Below are positions 1-21,985 of a stretch of 64,000 nucleotides of DNA, piece by piece. Position numbers and translations under genes: made by a program. Below the pieces are notes generated by a model, which was given only the letters and a program-made list of their open reading frames with translations, did no database searches and was not told where the DNA came from. The first letter of the stretch is position 1. Each line of letters opens with the position of its first letter. Location of the stretch: NCBI RefSeq assembly GCF_009914755.1, contig NC_060929.1. The stretch is one strand, 5' to 3'. Origin of the DNA: the human T2T-CHM13v2.0 reference genome, Homo sapiens.

Positions 1-164
1 CCATCTCAAAAAAAGAAAAGAAATGCTGCCTAGAGAATTATCATTGGTGACGAAAAACATAATAATCATTCTGAGTCCCCAAAATTCTCTCAGGATCTCC
101 CACCAGAGATTCTTGAGAACATATGTAAATGCCAATGATATTCATTGTCCTATGTTCTCTGCAG

Positions 165-578
165 ATTTTTGTCCATTTTCTTTTGCTTATAACAGAATAC
201 CTGAAACTGAGTCATTTATAAAGAAAATAATGTATTTATTACAGTTATGAAGGCCGGTAGGACAAGGTAGAGAGTCTTCATCTGGTGAAGGCCTTCTTGC
301 TGGTGGGGAACTCTGCTAAGTCCCAAGGCAGTGAAGGTCATGACATGATAAGGGGGCTGAGCCTGCCAGCTCAGATCTCTCTTTATGTTCTTTTAAAACT
401 GCCAGTTCCATTCCCATGATAACCTACTGATCCATTAACCCATGAATGAAGTAATCCATTCATGAGGGCAGAGCTCTCATAACCCAACAACCCCTTAAAG
501 GCCCCACCTTTCAATACTGCAACATTTGGGATTATGTTTTCAACACATGAAATTAGGACCACATTCAAACCATAGCAA
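165..578. mobile_element. MaLR LTR (MST/MLT1A-like solo LTR)
   Basis: Typical motifs: ataacagaatacctgaaactg...catctggtgaaggccttcttgctg...cacattcaaaccatagca. Confidence 0.7.
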
Positions 579-1017
579 CCTCTTAGGGAAAGCTCGGGAG
601 TTTTTTTTAACATCAAGAGGCAGGAAGGTAGTAGAGACCTTAAGTAGTCCTGTAGTTTTTATTTTAGGACTGAATGTTACCTTAGACCCTAAGGATCAGA
701 CAAGGCAAAAGATTCTAAGGGAATAATAGGGATTAAGGAGTAAAGAACATACTTGTGAGGAGGCAGTGGTGAAAAGAGGAGGGGAGAAGTGTATTTGATG
801 CTATGTACCATTCACGCTTATTTATTTATGTATTTTGAATAGGTTTATACTTACAAATAGTACCAGATTCAAAATATACAAAGAAGTACATAATGAAAAG
901 TTAGTCTCTTTCTTCCCCATTTCCTCCAGCTACCCTGTTTCCTGTTCCCCTTACAAGAGTTATCAACTATTACTACTTTGTTGTGTTTCCCTCCAGAGAT
1001 ACTCTATGTTTTAAGCA

Positions 1018-1142
1018 AGAGACAGACAGACAGAAAGATTAGAGACAGAAAGACAGACAGACAGATAGATAGATAGATAGATAAAGATAGATACATAGGT
1101 ACGTAGATAGGTAGGTAGATAAATAAAGTTGCTGAGTTAACT

Positions 1143-1200
<58 letters not shown>
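1018..1200. repeat. Compound (GACA)n/(GATA)n microsatellite
   Basis: About 13 perfect TAGA units at 1143-1195 plus degenerate GACA/GATA units at 1018-1120. Confidence 0.95.
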
Positions 1201-1202
<2 letters not shown>

Positions 1203-2366
1203 TATTCTGGTCTACTCAAGATGGTTCCAAGTGATGGCTGTTGTCACAGATTAATTATTAATAGCACTCTCTTTGATTCTGAAAAACACCCTGTTTGGAC
1301 ATATTTATGTATAAATAAGCATACAATTTAGTCACACAAAAGGCAGCTACTGTGTACACTGTTCAGAAAGTTGCTTTGTTGCTTTTCTTCATTTAACTGT
1401 GTGTTTTGACAATGTACCCAAAAAAGAAAATATTGAGCTGCCTCTTTTGTTTTTGTAGCTGTGTAAAATAATCTTACCCACTGCACAGGTGTAACATAAC
1501 TTTTTAACCAGTCTTCCTTTAAGGGATTTACATTATTTCTAATCTTTGATTCTTATAATGGTAAAATTCATTTATTTGTGTATAGGTCATTTTACACAAA
1601 TACGAGTATATATGTAAGGTAAGTACCTAGGAATAAAACTGATGAGTTAACTTTGATAAATATTGTGAAATTACCTTCCGTAGAGGTTGTAAACAATGAC
1701 ACACCAAATTAGCCATATGTGAGAGTGACTTTCATCTGTACTCACTAATACAATGTTAGCAAATGTTTTTTCTTTGCCTACTTGTTGAAAATGGTGTATT
1801 AGTAGTTTTAGGTTGCATTTCTCTTAGTATGAGTGAAGTTATACATCTTTTCAGATATTTTGAGAGACATTTTCAATAATATTTCCTTTGAACTGTTTGC
1901 ATCCTTTACAAATTTTCTTACTGATTTGTAAGAGCTTATTTTTTAAAGAAATCTTCATTTGGTGATGAGTTTGAAAACATTTGCCTTAGTTTGTTCCTTG
2001 CTTTTGATTCTGCTTATGGTATTTTTTTGTATTTGTATTTGTATATATTAGAATTATTTTATTCTATGGCTTCTGGAGTTTGCATCATATTTAGAAAGGT
2101 CTACACCACTCTAATATTATAAAACGTTAACTCCTATTTTTGTGGTGCTTTTATGTTCCAATAATTTTAATCTAATATATAACATTTTACATGTACTAAA
2201 TATTACAGAAAAACTGAGTGCTTAAAAATTTAAATATATGAGCTATCAAAGAAAACTTGGGGAACAAAAGTAATAAAAGCAGACTAGCCCTATGAGATAC
2301 TGTAATACATTACAACTAGGAACTGGCATGGGCCAGACCAATCACACAGAATAAAAATATCTAGAA

Positions 2367-8492
<6,126 letters not shown>

Positions 8493-8844
8493 AAAAAAAT
8501 CTAGAAACAAATTTAGAGCCTAGAAAATTTTATGATTTTTTAAAATGTTCTACGTAAAATCTAGAAAACAATAAAATTATTTAATATATAGTGGAGCTGG
8601 CATTTCAAATTAGTGGTAGTAAACTGGATATTTAATTAAGTGTGTAAGGTCATCTGGGTAAACATGGGAAAAATAAGCTGATACCAACCCAAAAAAATTT
8701 TAACTGAAACTACAAAAGTGGTAGAAAAAATAATAGGTGTTTGTGTACGTATGTGTGCATATACACACACACCATCTTAGCTAGACAGGCTTTTAGCTTT
8801 TTGAAATCATGGAGCGAAAGATTATTAAATTTGACCTTTTTAGC

Positions 8845-10010
8845 AGTTTTATTGAGGTATAATTTATGTACAAATAACTGCACAGGTCCAATGTGCACAA
8901 TGTGATGGGTTTGGGCTTAATGCAAACACCGTGATACCATTACCACAATCAGAGTAACAGACATATCCAACACTTTCCAAAGTTCCCTTTTTGTATTTGT
9001 TGCCTGTTTGTTTAGTTTTGTTTATTTATGATTAAAACACTTAACATAAGATCTGACTTCTTAATAAATTTTGAATTGCACATTAACTATTGTTAACTAT
9101 AGGCACTATGTTTTACCGCAGATCTCTAGAACTTATTCAGCTAGTTTAATTGAAACTTTATAACAATTTAACAAGTCCCCATTTTCCCCACTCCCCCAGT
9201 CTGGGGAAACCACTATTGTATTCTCTGCTTCTATGAGTTTGACAATTTTAGATGCCTTATGTAAGTGGAATCATGCAACATTTCTTTTTCTGTAACCGGC
9301 TTATTTCACTTAGCATAATGTCCTCTAGGTTCATCCATGTTGGCACAAATGGCAGGGTTTCCTACTTTTTTAAGGCTGTAAAATATTTCATTGTATGTGT
9401 ATATTGTACCATATTTTCTTTATTCATCTGTCTATGGACATGTCCATTGTTTCCATATATTGACTATGGTGAAAAATGTTGCAATGAACATAGGAGTGAA
9501 GATATCTCTTTATGATCCAGATTTTAATTCTTTTGTATATCTATCCAGAAATAAGATTGCTATATCCTAAGGTAAATTTATTTTTAATTTTTTGAGGAAC
9601 CTCCATGCTGTTTTCCATAGCTGCTGGACCATTTTATATTCACACCAACAGTATTTAAGGGTTCTAATTTCTCCACACCCTTACCAACATCTGTAGCCTT
9701 TGCTTTTTTATAGTAACCATCCTAGCAGGTGAGATGATATCTCATTGTAGTTTTGACTTGCATTTGTCTTCTTATTAATGATTTTGACCATCTTTTAATA
9801 TACCTGTTGACCATTTGTATGTATTCCTTAGAGAAATGTCTGTTCAAGTCTTTTGCTCATTTTAAAATTTGCTTCTCTGCTACTGAATTGAAGGAGTCCT
9901 TTACATTTTTTGGATATTAACTCTTTATCAGATACACTGTTAGCAAATATTTTCCTCCATTCTGTAGGGTGCCTTTTCACTCTGTTCATTATGTCCTTTG
10001 CTGTGCAGAA
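8845..10010 (-). mobile_element. Old L1MA/MB 3' fragments
   Basis: Minus-strand ORF2 C-terminal remnant (FCTAKDIMNRVKRHPTEW) and L1M 3' UTR motifs. Confidence 0.75.
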
Positions 10011-10665
10011 ACTACTGGTGGGAATGTAAAATGGTGCAGCCACTATGGTAAACTATATGGAAACTCTTCAGAAAATAAAAACCAGAATTACCATATGATC
10101 TACAATTTCCACTTCTGGTATATATCAAAAAGAATTGAAAGCATGTTCTCAAGGATATATTTTTACAGCCATATTCATAACAGCATTATTCATAATAGTC
10201 AAAACGTGGAAGCCATCCAAGTGTTCACTGACAGACAAATGGCTAAAAAAAATATGATATATCCATACAAATAGAATATTATTCAGCCTTAAAAAGGAAA
10301 GGAATTCTGTGCATGCTACAAAATAGATGAACCTTGAGGACATTATGATTGGTGAAACCAGTCACAAAGCATAAATACTGTATGATTCCACTTCTTTAAA
10401 TCATCTAGAGTAGTCAAATTCATAGAAACAGAAAGTGGAATAGTGGTTACCAGAGGCTGCAGTTTGTTTGTTTTATTTACGGGAGATGAGGACTTTTTGT
10501 TTAATGAGTATGGAGTTTTAGTTTTATAAAATAAAATATCCTGGAGATTGGTTGCACAACAGCGTGAGTATACTTAAAGCTACTGAACTGCATACTTAAA
10601 AATGGTTAAGATCGCAAATGTTATGTGTATTTTCCTACAGTTAAACACAAAAAAATAAAAAATGA
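10011..10665 (+). mobile_element. Old L1MB 3' end
   Basis: ggtgggaatgtaaaatggtgcagcc...gaaccttgaggacattatg...aaaaatggttaag plus A-rich tail. Confidence 0.75.
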
Positions 10666-11068
10666 AATAGCAGAATTCTACTAGATATCTATCATGTTGG
10701 AAAAAACAAAAGTCTTGGTGATAGTGTAGGGAAGTGCATACTCCTGTATACTCTTGATGTGAGTATAAATTGTACTCTTCTGAAAAAAAGAAAACTTTAA
10801 ATATATATTAAAATTTTAAACATATATGACTTTTTAGAATTTTTTTCCTAGATATGTTTAGCACTTCTGCTTTTAGAATTGTTCCCTAGATTTGTATAAT
10901 AATTCCAGTTCTCAATGATAAATGTAGAAGGCATTCATTTCAGTAGTTAGAATTAAAGTTTCTAATGAAAGATTAGAAACTGTACATACTCATCAGCACA
11001 AGATTGGTTACATAAATATGGTACACTTAGGCAATTGAATATCATACAACTTTAAAAATAAGGAGTAT

Positions 11069-11367
11069 GGCTGGGCAGGATGGCTCATGCCTAAAATCTC
11101 AGTGCTTTAGAAGGTCAAAGCAGGAAGATCACTTGAGACTAGGAGTTCAAGACCAGCCTGGGCAACATAGCAACACCATCTCTACAAAAAATTTAAGAAA
11201 TTATTTAGGCATGGTAGCACATGCCTGTACTCCTAGCTACTCAGGAGGCTGAGGCAAAAGGATCACTTGAGCCCAAGAGTTTGAGGGTACATTGAGTTAT
11301 GATCACACAACTGCACTCCAGCCTGGGCAATAGAGTGAGTGAGACCCTGTCTCTAAAAAATAAAATA
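11069..11367 (+). mobile_element. AluJ-like
   Basis: Diverged dimeric Alu with ggatcacttgagcccaagagtttgag (J-type). Confidence 0.85.
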
Positions 11368-11771
11368 CATTTTAAAAGGGGAAGTGCATTATGTTCTTTT
11401 GTGAACACATTGTCAAAACACACTGTTAAATGAAAAGAGCAAAGCTCTGAACAATGAACATAGTAGCTACCATTCATGCCAATAAACTATATGAATTTGT
11501 ATAAGTAATATGCCCAACTAGGGTATTTTTTAGAGTAAAAGGGGAGGCATATTGATCGTTACTCTGTGACAATAGGCATCACTTGGAACTGAGCAAACCA
11601 AAATATTCTCTGTCTCTCTTTAGTTTGCTAAAACACAGAATATCTCTGCAGGGATATACAACAAACTAATAATAGTAGGTGACTCGCAATGGGAATAGGA
11701 AAATGGGTTATTAGAAGAAATGGGAGAGAAAGATTTACTTTTCACTTACACTTCTTTGTATTTGAATCTGA

Positions 11772-13151
<1,380 letters not shown>

Positions 13152-14544
13152 AAAATTCATGTTTACACTATACTGTAGTCTAATAAGTATGTAATAGCAT
13201 TTGTTTTACAATGTACATGTTAATTTAAAAAACACTTTATTGCTTAAAAAATGCTAAGAATCATCCAAACCTTCAGCAAATTGTAACTTTTTTGCTGGTG
13301 GAAGGTCTGGCTTTGATGTTGATGGCTGCTGACTGATTAGGGTGGTGGTTGCTGAAAGGTGGGGTGGCTGTAGCAATTTCTTAAAATAAGACAACAATGA
13401 AGTTTGCTGCCACAATCAACTCTTCCTTTCACAAAAGATTTCTCTTTAGCATGTGATGCTGTTTGATAACATTTTACCTACAGTACAACTTCTTTCAAAG
13501 TTTGAGTCAATCCTCTCACACCCTGCCATTACTTTATCAACTCAGTTTATGTACTATTCTAAATCTCTTGATATTTCAACAATGTTCACAGCATCTTCTT
13601 CAGAAGTAAATTCCATCTCAAGAAACCACTTTCTTTGCTTATCCATAAGAAGCAACTCCTGATTCGTTAAAATTTTAACGTGAGATTGCAGCAATTCAGT
13701 GACATCTTCAGGCTCCCCTTCTAATTATAGTTCTCTTGCTATTTCTTCCACATTTGCAGTTACTTCCTCCACAGAAGTCTTCAACCCCTCAAAGTCATCC
13801 ATGAGGGTTCAAATCAACTTCTAAATTCTTACTAGTATGGATATTTTGACCTACTCCCATGAGTCACAAATGTTCTTAATGGCATCTAGAATCTTTTTCA
13901 GAGGGTTTTCAATTGACTTTGCCCAGATCCATCAGAGGAGTCACTATCTATGACAGCTATAGACTTATGAAATGCATTTATTAAATCACAAGGCTTGAAA
14001 GTTGAAATTACTTTTTGACCCATGGGCTGCAGAATGGATGTTGAGTTAACAGGCATGAAACAATTAATTACATTGTACATCTTCATTAGAGCTCTTGGGT
14101 GACAAGGTATATTGTCAGTGGGCAGTAATATTTTGAAAGCAATCTTTTTATCTAAGCAGTACATCTCAATAGTGGGCTTTAAATATTCAGTAAACCAGGC
14201 TGTAAACAGTTATGCTGTGATCCATCCTTTGTTGTTCCATTTATAGAGCTCAGGAAAAGTAGATTTACCATCAGTCTTAAGGGCCCTAGAATTTGCAGAA
14301 TGATAAATGAACATTGGCTTCAACTTAACATCACATGCTTCATTAGACCCTAAGAAAAGAGTCAGTCTGTCCTTTGAAGCTTTGAAACCAGGCATTGACT
14401 TCTCCTCTGGAGCTATGAAAGTCCTAGATGGAATCTTCTTCCAATAGAGGGCTGTTTTGTTTCCATTGACAATCTGTTTAGTGTAGCCACCTTCATTAAT
14501 TATCTTAGCTAGATCCCATTTGTCTATTTTTGTTTGGATTGCAT

Positions 14545-14916
<372 letters not shown>

Positions 14917-16569
14917 TGTATTTGCTGTTGAGGTCTTAGTCATGAATTCTTTGCCTAGACCAATGTCCGGAAGGGTTATTCCTAGATATTCTTCTAGAAT
15001 TTTTATAGTTTCAGGTCTTATAGTTAATTCTTTAATTGATCTTGAGTTAATTTTTGTCCAGTTTTATTCTTCTGCATATGGCTATCCAATTTTTCCAGTA
15101 CCATTCACTTTCTTATAACTCATATATTCACTGGAGCAGCACTTTTGATTTCCTTTAAAAACTTTACATTCACAATTTGGCTGTTTGGCATAAGGGGCCT
15201 ATCTCAACTGTTGGCTTTAGACATGCCTTCCTCACTAAGTTTAATCATTTCTAGTTTTGAAATTAAAGTGAAAAATGTGCGACTCTTTCTTTCACTTGAA
15301 CATTTAGAGGTCCACGTTGGGTTGTAATTGGCCTAATTCCAATATTGTTGTGTCTTAGAGAATAGGGAGGCTGGAGGAGAGAGAGAGAGAGATGGGGAAA
15401 GACCAGTCAGTGGAGCAGTCAGAACACAAACATTTATTGTTTTCCATGTTATATGGGTTCAGTGTGGTGGCCCAAAACAATTATGATAGTAACACCAAAA
15501 ATCATTAACTATAGATCACCATAACAGATATAATAATAATGAAAAAATTTGAAATATTGCAAGAATTACCAAACTGTGATACAGAGACACAAAATGAGCA
15601 CGTACTGTTGGAAAAATTGTGCAGACAGACTTGCTAGATGTAGGGTTGCCACAAATCTTCAATTTAAAAAAAAAACATAATATCTATGAAGTACAAGAAA
15701 GCAAAGTTCAGGTCTTTGCTTGAAACAAAGACATGAAACAAGGTATGTCTGTATAAGTCTATTCAAAAATAAACAAATGAAATGGCACATAAACATCAAA
15801 TACACCTCTACTCCCCACCTCACCACTGCCTCCTCACAGTTATGTTCTCTCACCTTTTGATCCCAATAATTCCTAGGAAAATTTTGCTTTTCTTCTGAGA
15901 TCCCCATCTTTAGAGACTGAAGCAACATTCAGTTCCTTAACTTATAGGACCATTTAATATCTCTAGCACCTTCCAAAATTTGCCCTAGGAGGTGAATTGA
16001 TTTACAAAGAGGGTAGGATGATGGTTTTACTCTACTCCATCTTAACTTTTAACTCTATAATCTGAACATGTTATTAGGTTTTTGTGCATGATGAACAATA
16101 TATTAGATAATACTACATGGAAATTCCTAGCAAAGCTCTGACACATGGTAGGCTCCCTGGAAATTTTTTTTGGAAGTGAATTAAAGGTTATATGTACATG
16201 TACATATATGCTGGTCTTTGGCAAGTGTTTTATAGAAAAACTTAGTTACTTGCTTTTGTTTTTTACGAAGTTGATATTTCCTGTTGTGACCACCACTGAA
16301 TTTAGTCTCTCAGACTACCCAATAGAAGTGGGGGAAGGGTGTTGCTTACTATGTAAGATTGCTCTAAAATCAAGGCACTAATAAAATGTATTTGGTACCT
16401 CTATACAATGACTCACCGTGCAGCCCTTAAAAAGGTTTATATACATATCTGTAACGAAGAAAGATGTTCAAGATCTTAACATCTTGATGTTAAAAAAAAA
16501 AATTAAGTTGCTGAAAGCTATGTTTAGCTGAGTTCCATTTGTTTTCAATCTAGATCTTATCTCTGGGGC

Positions 16570-17093
16570 CAGTGGTCCCCAGTCGTTTTGGCACCAGGGA
16601 CTGGTTTTGTGGAAGTCAATTTTTCCAAGGCAGGGGGGATAGTTTTGGGATGATTCAAGGGCATTACATTTGTTGTGCACTGTATTTCTATTATTATTGT
16701 TACATTGTAATATATAATGAAATAATTGTACAACTCACCATAATGTAGAATCAGTGGGAGCCCTGAGCTTGTTTTCCTGCAACTAGACTGTCCCATTAGG
16801 GGCTGATGGGAGACAGTGACAGGTCATCAAGCATTAGATTCTCATAAGGAGTGCACAACCTCAAATGCACAGTGCACAATAGGGTTTATGCTCCTACGAG
16901 AATCTGAGAATCTGATGCTGCCACTGATCTGATAGGAGGCAGAGCTCAGGCAGTAATGTGAGCCGTGGGAAGCAGCTGTAAATATATATGAAGCTTTGCT
17001 TACTCACTCACCACACACCTCCTGCTGTGCAGCTCAGTTCCTAACAGGCCATATACCAGTACAGATCCATGGCCTTTGGGTTGGGGACCCCTG
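16570..17093. mobile_element. MER1A-like hAT-Charlie element
   Basis: Inverted termini cagtggtcccca ... tggggacccctg; internal gcattagattctcataaggag motif; about 525 bp. Confidence 0.85.
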
Positions 17094-20000
17094 CTATGGG
17101 GCACACACATACATAGATATTTTCTGAAAAGCACATACCAAAAAGACATCAGACGTCATTAACCTGTGGGGAATGGCACAAGAAATGTGAATTAGAGAAT
17201 GTGAAAGGAAATTCGTTCTTTTTAGTTGTATCTTTGGGTCCTAATTTGTTACTGCGAAAGGAATGATTATTTTTCCACTTAAAAAAATGTTAAGTAAAAT
17301 TATTTTTTTAATTAAAAACTACATTTTGGTTCACAGACTAGGAAAAAAAAGAGAATTTGCAAACCCTAGAGCTTATAAATGAAGAAGGGCCTTAAATCCT
17401 ATCCCTCCAAATGATACTTAAATCACTTTCCTGCTAAGAAACTACAGCTTCTAGAGTAGTCTGTCCTATTGTTCTATGGTTCTGAATTTGAGAAATTTCA
17501 TTCTTCTTATTAACCAACATCAGTTACTCTGTTTTTCCCATGTATTAGTTATAGTTCTACCCAGTAGATTTACTGTAAAAGTTTTTTAATTAAAAATGTA
17601 AAAAATTGGAAACTTTTTTGAATATTTGAAGGAAATGAGCATGTTCCTTAGAGTTTCTTCTTTATCAGCTACAGAATTTTAAATCAAAGGACGTTTTTAC
17701 TTTTCAATTTCTTCAGCTCCTTCTCTGTCTCAACCTTTACTCTCCAAATACCCCTGAGAGAGGAGCTCAGGGACCTAAGTCAGAAGTATGTCTACATCAC
17801 AATTATCAAGCTATTGCCATTGTCAGCCGGACTAAGGTCAATATTATTGGGTGAGTTTGTCTGCCTCTCTTCCCTCGGGATAATAAATCTTCTCCCTAGA
17901 AATTCTTCACCAGTTGGATTTATAGCGGCCAGCTTCATCAGGTCATAAGACATGGTGAGTCAGTAAATTTGACAAAATTTAGGCATAGGGTATGACAACA
18001 TTTCATCTCATTCCCCCTGCCCAAGTTACTATCTTAAACAAAAATATTTTAGATGCTTCACTGAAGTTCAAATCATTATGTTTATCAAATTTTGTAAGTT
18101 TTGTAACCCTAATGATAGAAATGTAAAGATGCTTAAATCTTATAAATTTTAAATCCTACTGAATCTTGCTGACTTTTAAGGATCATGACTCCCTTCTGTA
18201 AGTTTTACAAACAAGCATTTTACAAAATAAATTCAACAAAATCAAATAAAACCAAAGAGTCAACTAAAATAAGAGCAGAAAAGAATTCACTGGATTTCGT
18301 GGTTAGGGATCAATATTTTCCTAGACCAAGAAATTTCACTGGGGGAGTATGGTGGTAGTCCTAAAAGTTGCTTACTCAAAGCTCAAGAGATACCAAGGAA
18401 AGATTCTTCTCTTGAGAAATTGATTCTGAAGGGAAGGAAACATAGTTTGATGGTTAGAGAAAATGTTTGTTTGTTGATTTGATGGGAAATATCAAATAAT
18501 TATATATTGTAAATTATACGAGAGAAGCCAATAAGGGAAAAAGAGAACAGCAAGCAGAGAAAACAACTAAAGAAGGGCTTGTCTGGTATTACAAGTCAAG
18601 AAAACAGCCTTGAACAGAAGAAACCATTTTATTTCCAGGAGCCAGGATGCAGAATGGGAGTGAGAATGATGAGGCAGATGATTCATTTCTAGAAATAACT
18701 AATTTAATGCACGTCTAAATTTACTTTGGGCTTTAGGCCTCCTATTGATAATTCTATAGGTACCTTTATATATCTCCTTATACGGTCTTGTTTCCCTCTT
18801 CCACATATATTCTTATCAAGAAGAGTAAATTTTTTATTCTGAATAAAGCAGGAAGATAAGAATTTTAACACTGACCACTCCAAAGGCAATGAAGGCAAAT
18901 GAAGTTAAGTATTAGAATATGGAATCATATAGACAAGTGGAGTCTAATATAATTGAAGCTTATCATAGAAAAACCTATTTCCTTAATATATACCATGTAG
19001 GTGTTCCTAACCTGGATTATACTGGGAAAGAAATCAGTTGTACTCACTCCATCTCATCCAAAACAATAAAAACAATATAGCAAGATCCACATTCTCAACT
19101 TACTGTCACTTGCTATCAAAACAAGAGGCAGCTGAGTCTGCAGAGTTTTGTGTCTCTGTATGCAGTACTTGAGCGGACCCATCTCACCGACTGTGGAGGC
19201 AACTCATGAATGCTGCTCACAAGTGTCACTCCAGAACTTCTGATCTAGGGGTAAAGCAAAGCAACACATTCCATTGAGTAGAAAATAGCAAAGGAGTTAG
19301 CTGAGATGCTTCATGAAATTCTTTAATAATGGAATAAGATCCTGGTCAGTGGTCTAGGATTTAGTAAGCAGCACCACCACTTATGGCTTGCTGAGCACCA
19401 CACAGCAGACTCTAAATAGGGGCGTCCCTGGCAGTAGGCAAGTTTCTAGCCCCTTTAAGTAGAATATCAGAGATAGGTAGAACATCAGAACTCCAGGGCT
19501 GTTGGAAGACATTCAAACGGTTATGAAATTATGTCATGTAATAATCATCCATTTGTTCGAGGATACAAATTTCAGTCCTCAAATGAAATGGTAAAAGAAG
19601 CAGATCCAAGATGTTTATAGTGTGAGCCTTAGGGTTAAGAACTATGGGAAGTAGGAGAAGACAAAAATTCAGGCCTAAGACTAGAGAGAAGTAGGTCCAT
19701 GACCTGAATGAAGATGTGTAGTCCCATGACTTGGCTTATTGTTCTCCATGTCTGACATGGTTTGACTTAATTCGAAGGCACTCCAAATGACAAGGATCAC
19801 TTGAGGGTGCTGAGGAGCATCAAACTCCAGGCAGGGGAACTCTGAAACATTTGTTCTTAACCACATCTCAACAGATCTGCATTAAGGAGACTCTGCTTTT
19901 GACAGAACTCTAATTAGTTAACTATGTGTTAATTTAGGCCATAGAATACCTCACTGTGGATTATATGGGAGGTACACAGGAGAACCATACGCACCTCATG

Positions 20001-21174
20001 AATAAGTCCCTTTTAAGTCCCACAGAACTAAATTTTGGGGCTCTAATTAGCTCTCATTATTGACAACAACTACATGTTACAGAGTGAGCAGAAAGTGATC
20101 TTTACATTGGAGATAAGCCAAATTAGGAGAGAGTGGGAAACAGTGTGAATATTTCTTGGCTTCACCAATACTTCTTGTTTTCAACTTTTCACTCCATAAG
20201 CTTTTAACCAAGCAGTGAAGGAGGAATGTAACCGTGTATCACATGTCACCAAAACATCAGTAACAATAAGCCTGATTTAACTTTTGGAAATCACACAGAA
20301 TTACAAAATTGAACACCCACTGAGCTCATCAGGAGCACTAATCCAGACAGGAAAACTGGAATTCCTGTTTTTCTCTTTTAGCCAACACCTAAATCTTGCT
20401 GCTGATGACTTCTTGCCAAGATTATGAAGCTGAACCTGCCCCATCTTTCTGGTGTTCATCCCTTTATCCTCAAAGTTGTTCAGTACTTTCTGTTGTTGTG
20501 CTGGTGTGCATCACACAGAATGTTTCGTCCACTGAGAAAGAGTCATCTGTGAAGCAGAAATTCACAATTCCACTAAACTGCAGGGTGGGCAGGGAATTGG
20601 TTATATCAGTACATTACTAGGGTCTCATCTATTGCTTCAACATACTTCACATTACCCTGATTATTTATTCAACCTGGTGCTTGCTATCTGAGACTGAATC
20701 CTCTCCGGGTCTTCTCAGAACTTTTGATTCTAGCTTCTGGGATTTCCCTGGTCCTGAATCATATTCTATCTAATTAAAAAAAATTCTTCCTATGAGTTCT
20801 CTATCACCATGGGAGAAGGCTTTTCCCTAGAGTTAACACAATGTGAATCAGAACTGGGTAAATCCCTCTGGATTAGAGTGAATTTTTATCTAAACATTTT
20901 TTGAGTATGTTATTTTTTTAAACCCCCCGAACATGGAAAAATGAAACTTTTGCCAACATTGTCAGGAATGGAGCTAAGTTTGGGTGGTGGCAGAGCAAAC
21001 AGGTCAATGTGAGGGAGAGAAGAATTAAGAAGTTTCATAGGATTGCCCAACTGGACAAGACTTCATGACTTCACTTCACTCATTCAGCAAGGATCCCAGC
21101 ATCTGAACTTCCTGAACATGTTGCAAAATTCCTTGTGTTGCCCTCACCTTTCTGAATGTATAAGAATCATTTAT

Positions 21175-21460
<286 letters not shown>

Positions 21461-21573
21461 ATCATTTATATTTGATAGAGTGCATTTCTTCCTCATTTTT
21501 CCATTTAAGGAATGATATACTGACTTTCCTCAACAAATAAGAGCTTCCGGGGCTTTCTGCTCTTAGACTTTTT

Positions 21574-21985
21574 TTTTTTTCCATTTTTTTTTATTATACT
21601 TTAAGTTTTAGGGTACATGTGCACATTGTGCAGGTTAGTTACATATGCATACATGTGCCATGCTGGTGCACTGCACCCACTAACTCGTCATCTAGCATTA
21701 GGTATATCTCCCAATGCTATCCCTCCCCCCTCCCCCCACCCCACCACAGTCCCCAGAGTGTGATATTCCCCTTCCTGTGTCCATGTGATCTCATTGTTCA
21801 ATTCCCACCTATGAGTGAGAATATGCAGTGTTTGGTTTTTTGTTCTTGCGATAGTTTACTGAGAAAGATGATTTCCAGCTTCACCCATGTCCCTACAAAG
21901 GACATGAACTCATCATTTTTTATGGCTGCATAGTATTCCATGGTGTATATGTGCCACATTTTCTTAATCCAGTCTATCATTGTTG
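21574..21985 (-). mobile_element. Short 5'-truncated L1PA2-like 3' end
   Basis: 3' UTR with taactcgtcatctagc; 15-bp TSD GCTCTTAGACTTTTT at 21559-21573 and 21986-22000. Confidence 0.93.

Noticed and set aside
1018-1200. CRISPR-like or functional array
   Set aside because: Ordinary tetranucleotide microsatellite with no spacers.
9030-10665. Twin-priming inversion at the strand switch near 10010
   Set aside because: Both arms have their own 3' ends and look like different old subfamilies; no TSD was found.
18900-20650. Processed pseudogene in unique-looking DNA
   Set aside because: No recognisable protein similarity, poly(A) tail or TSD.
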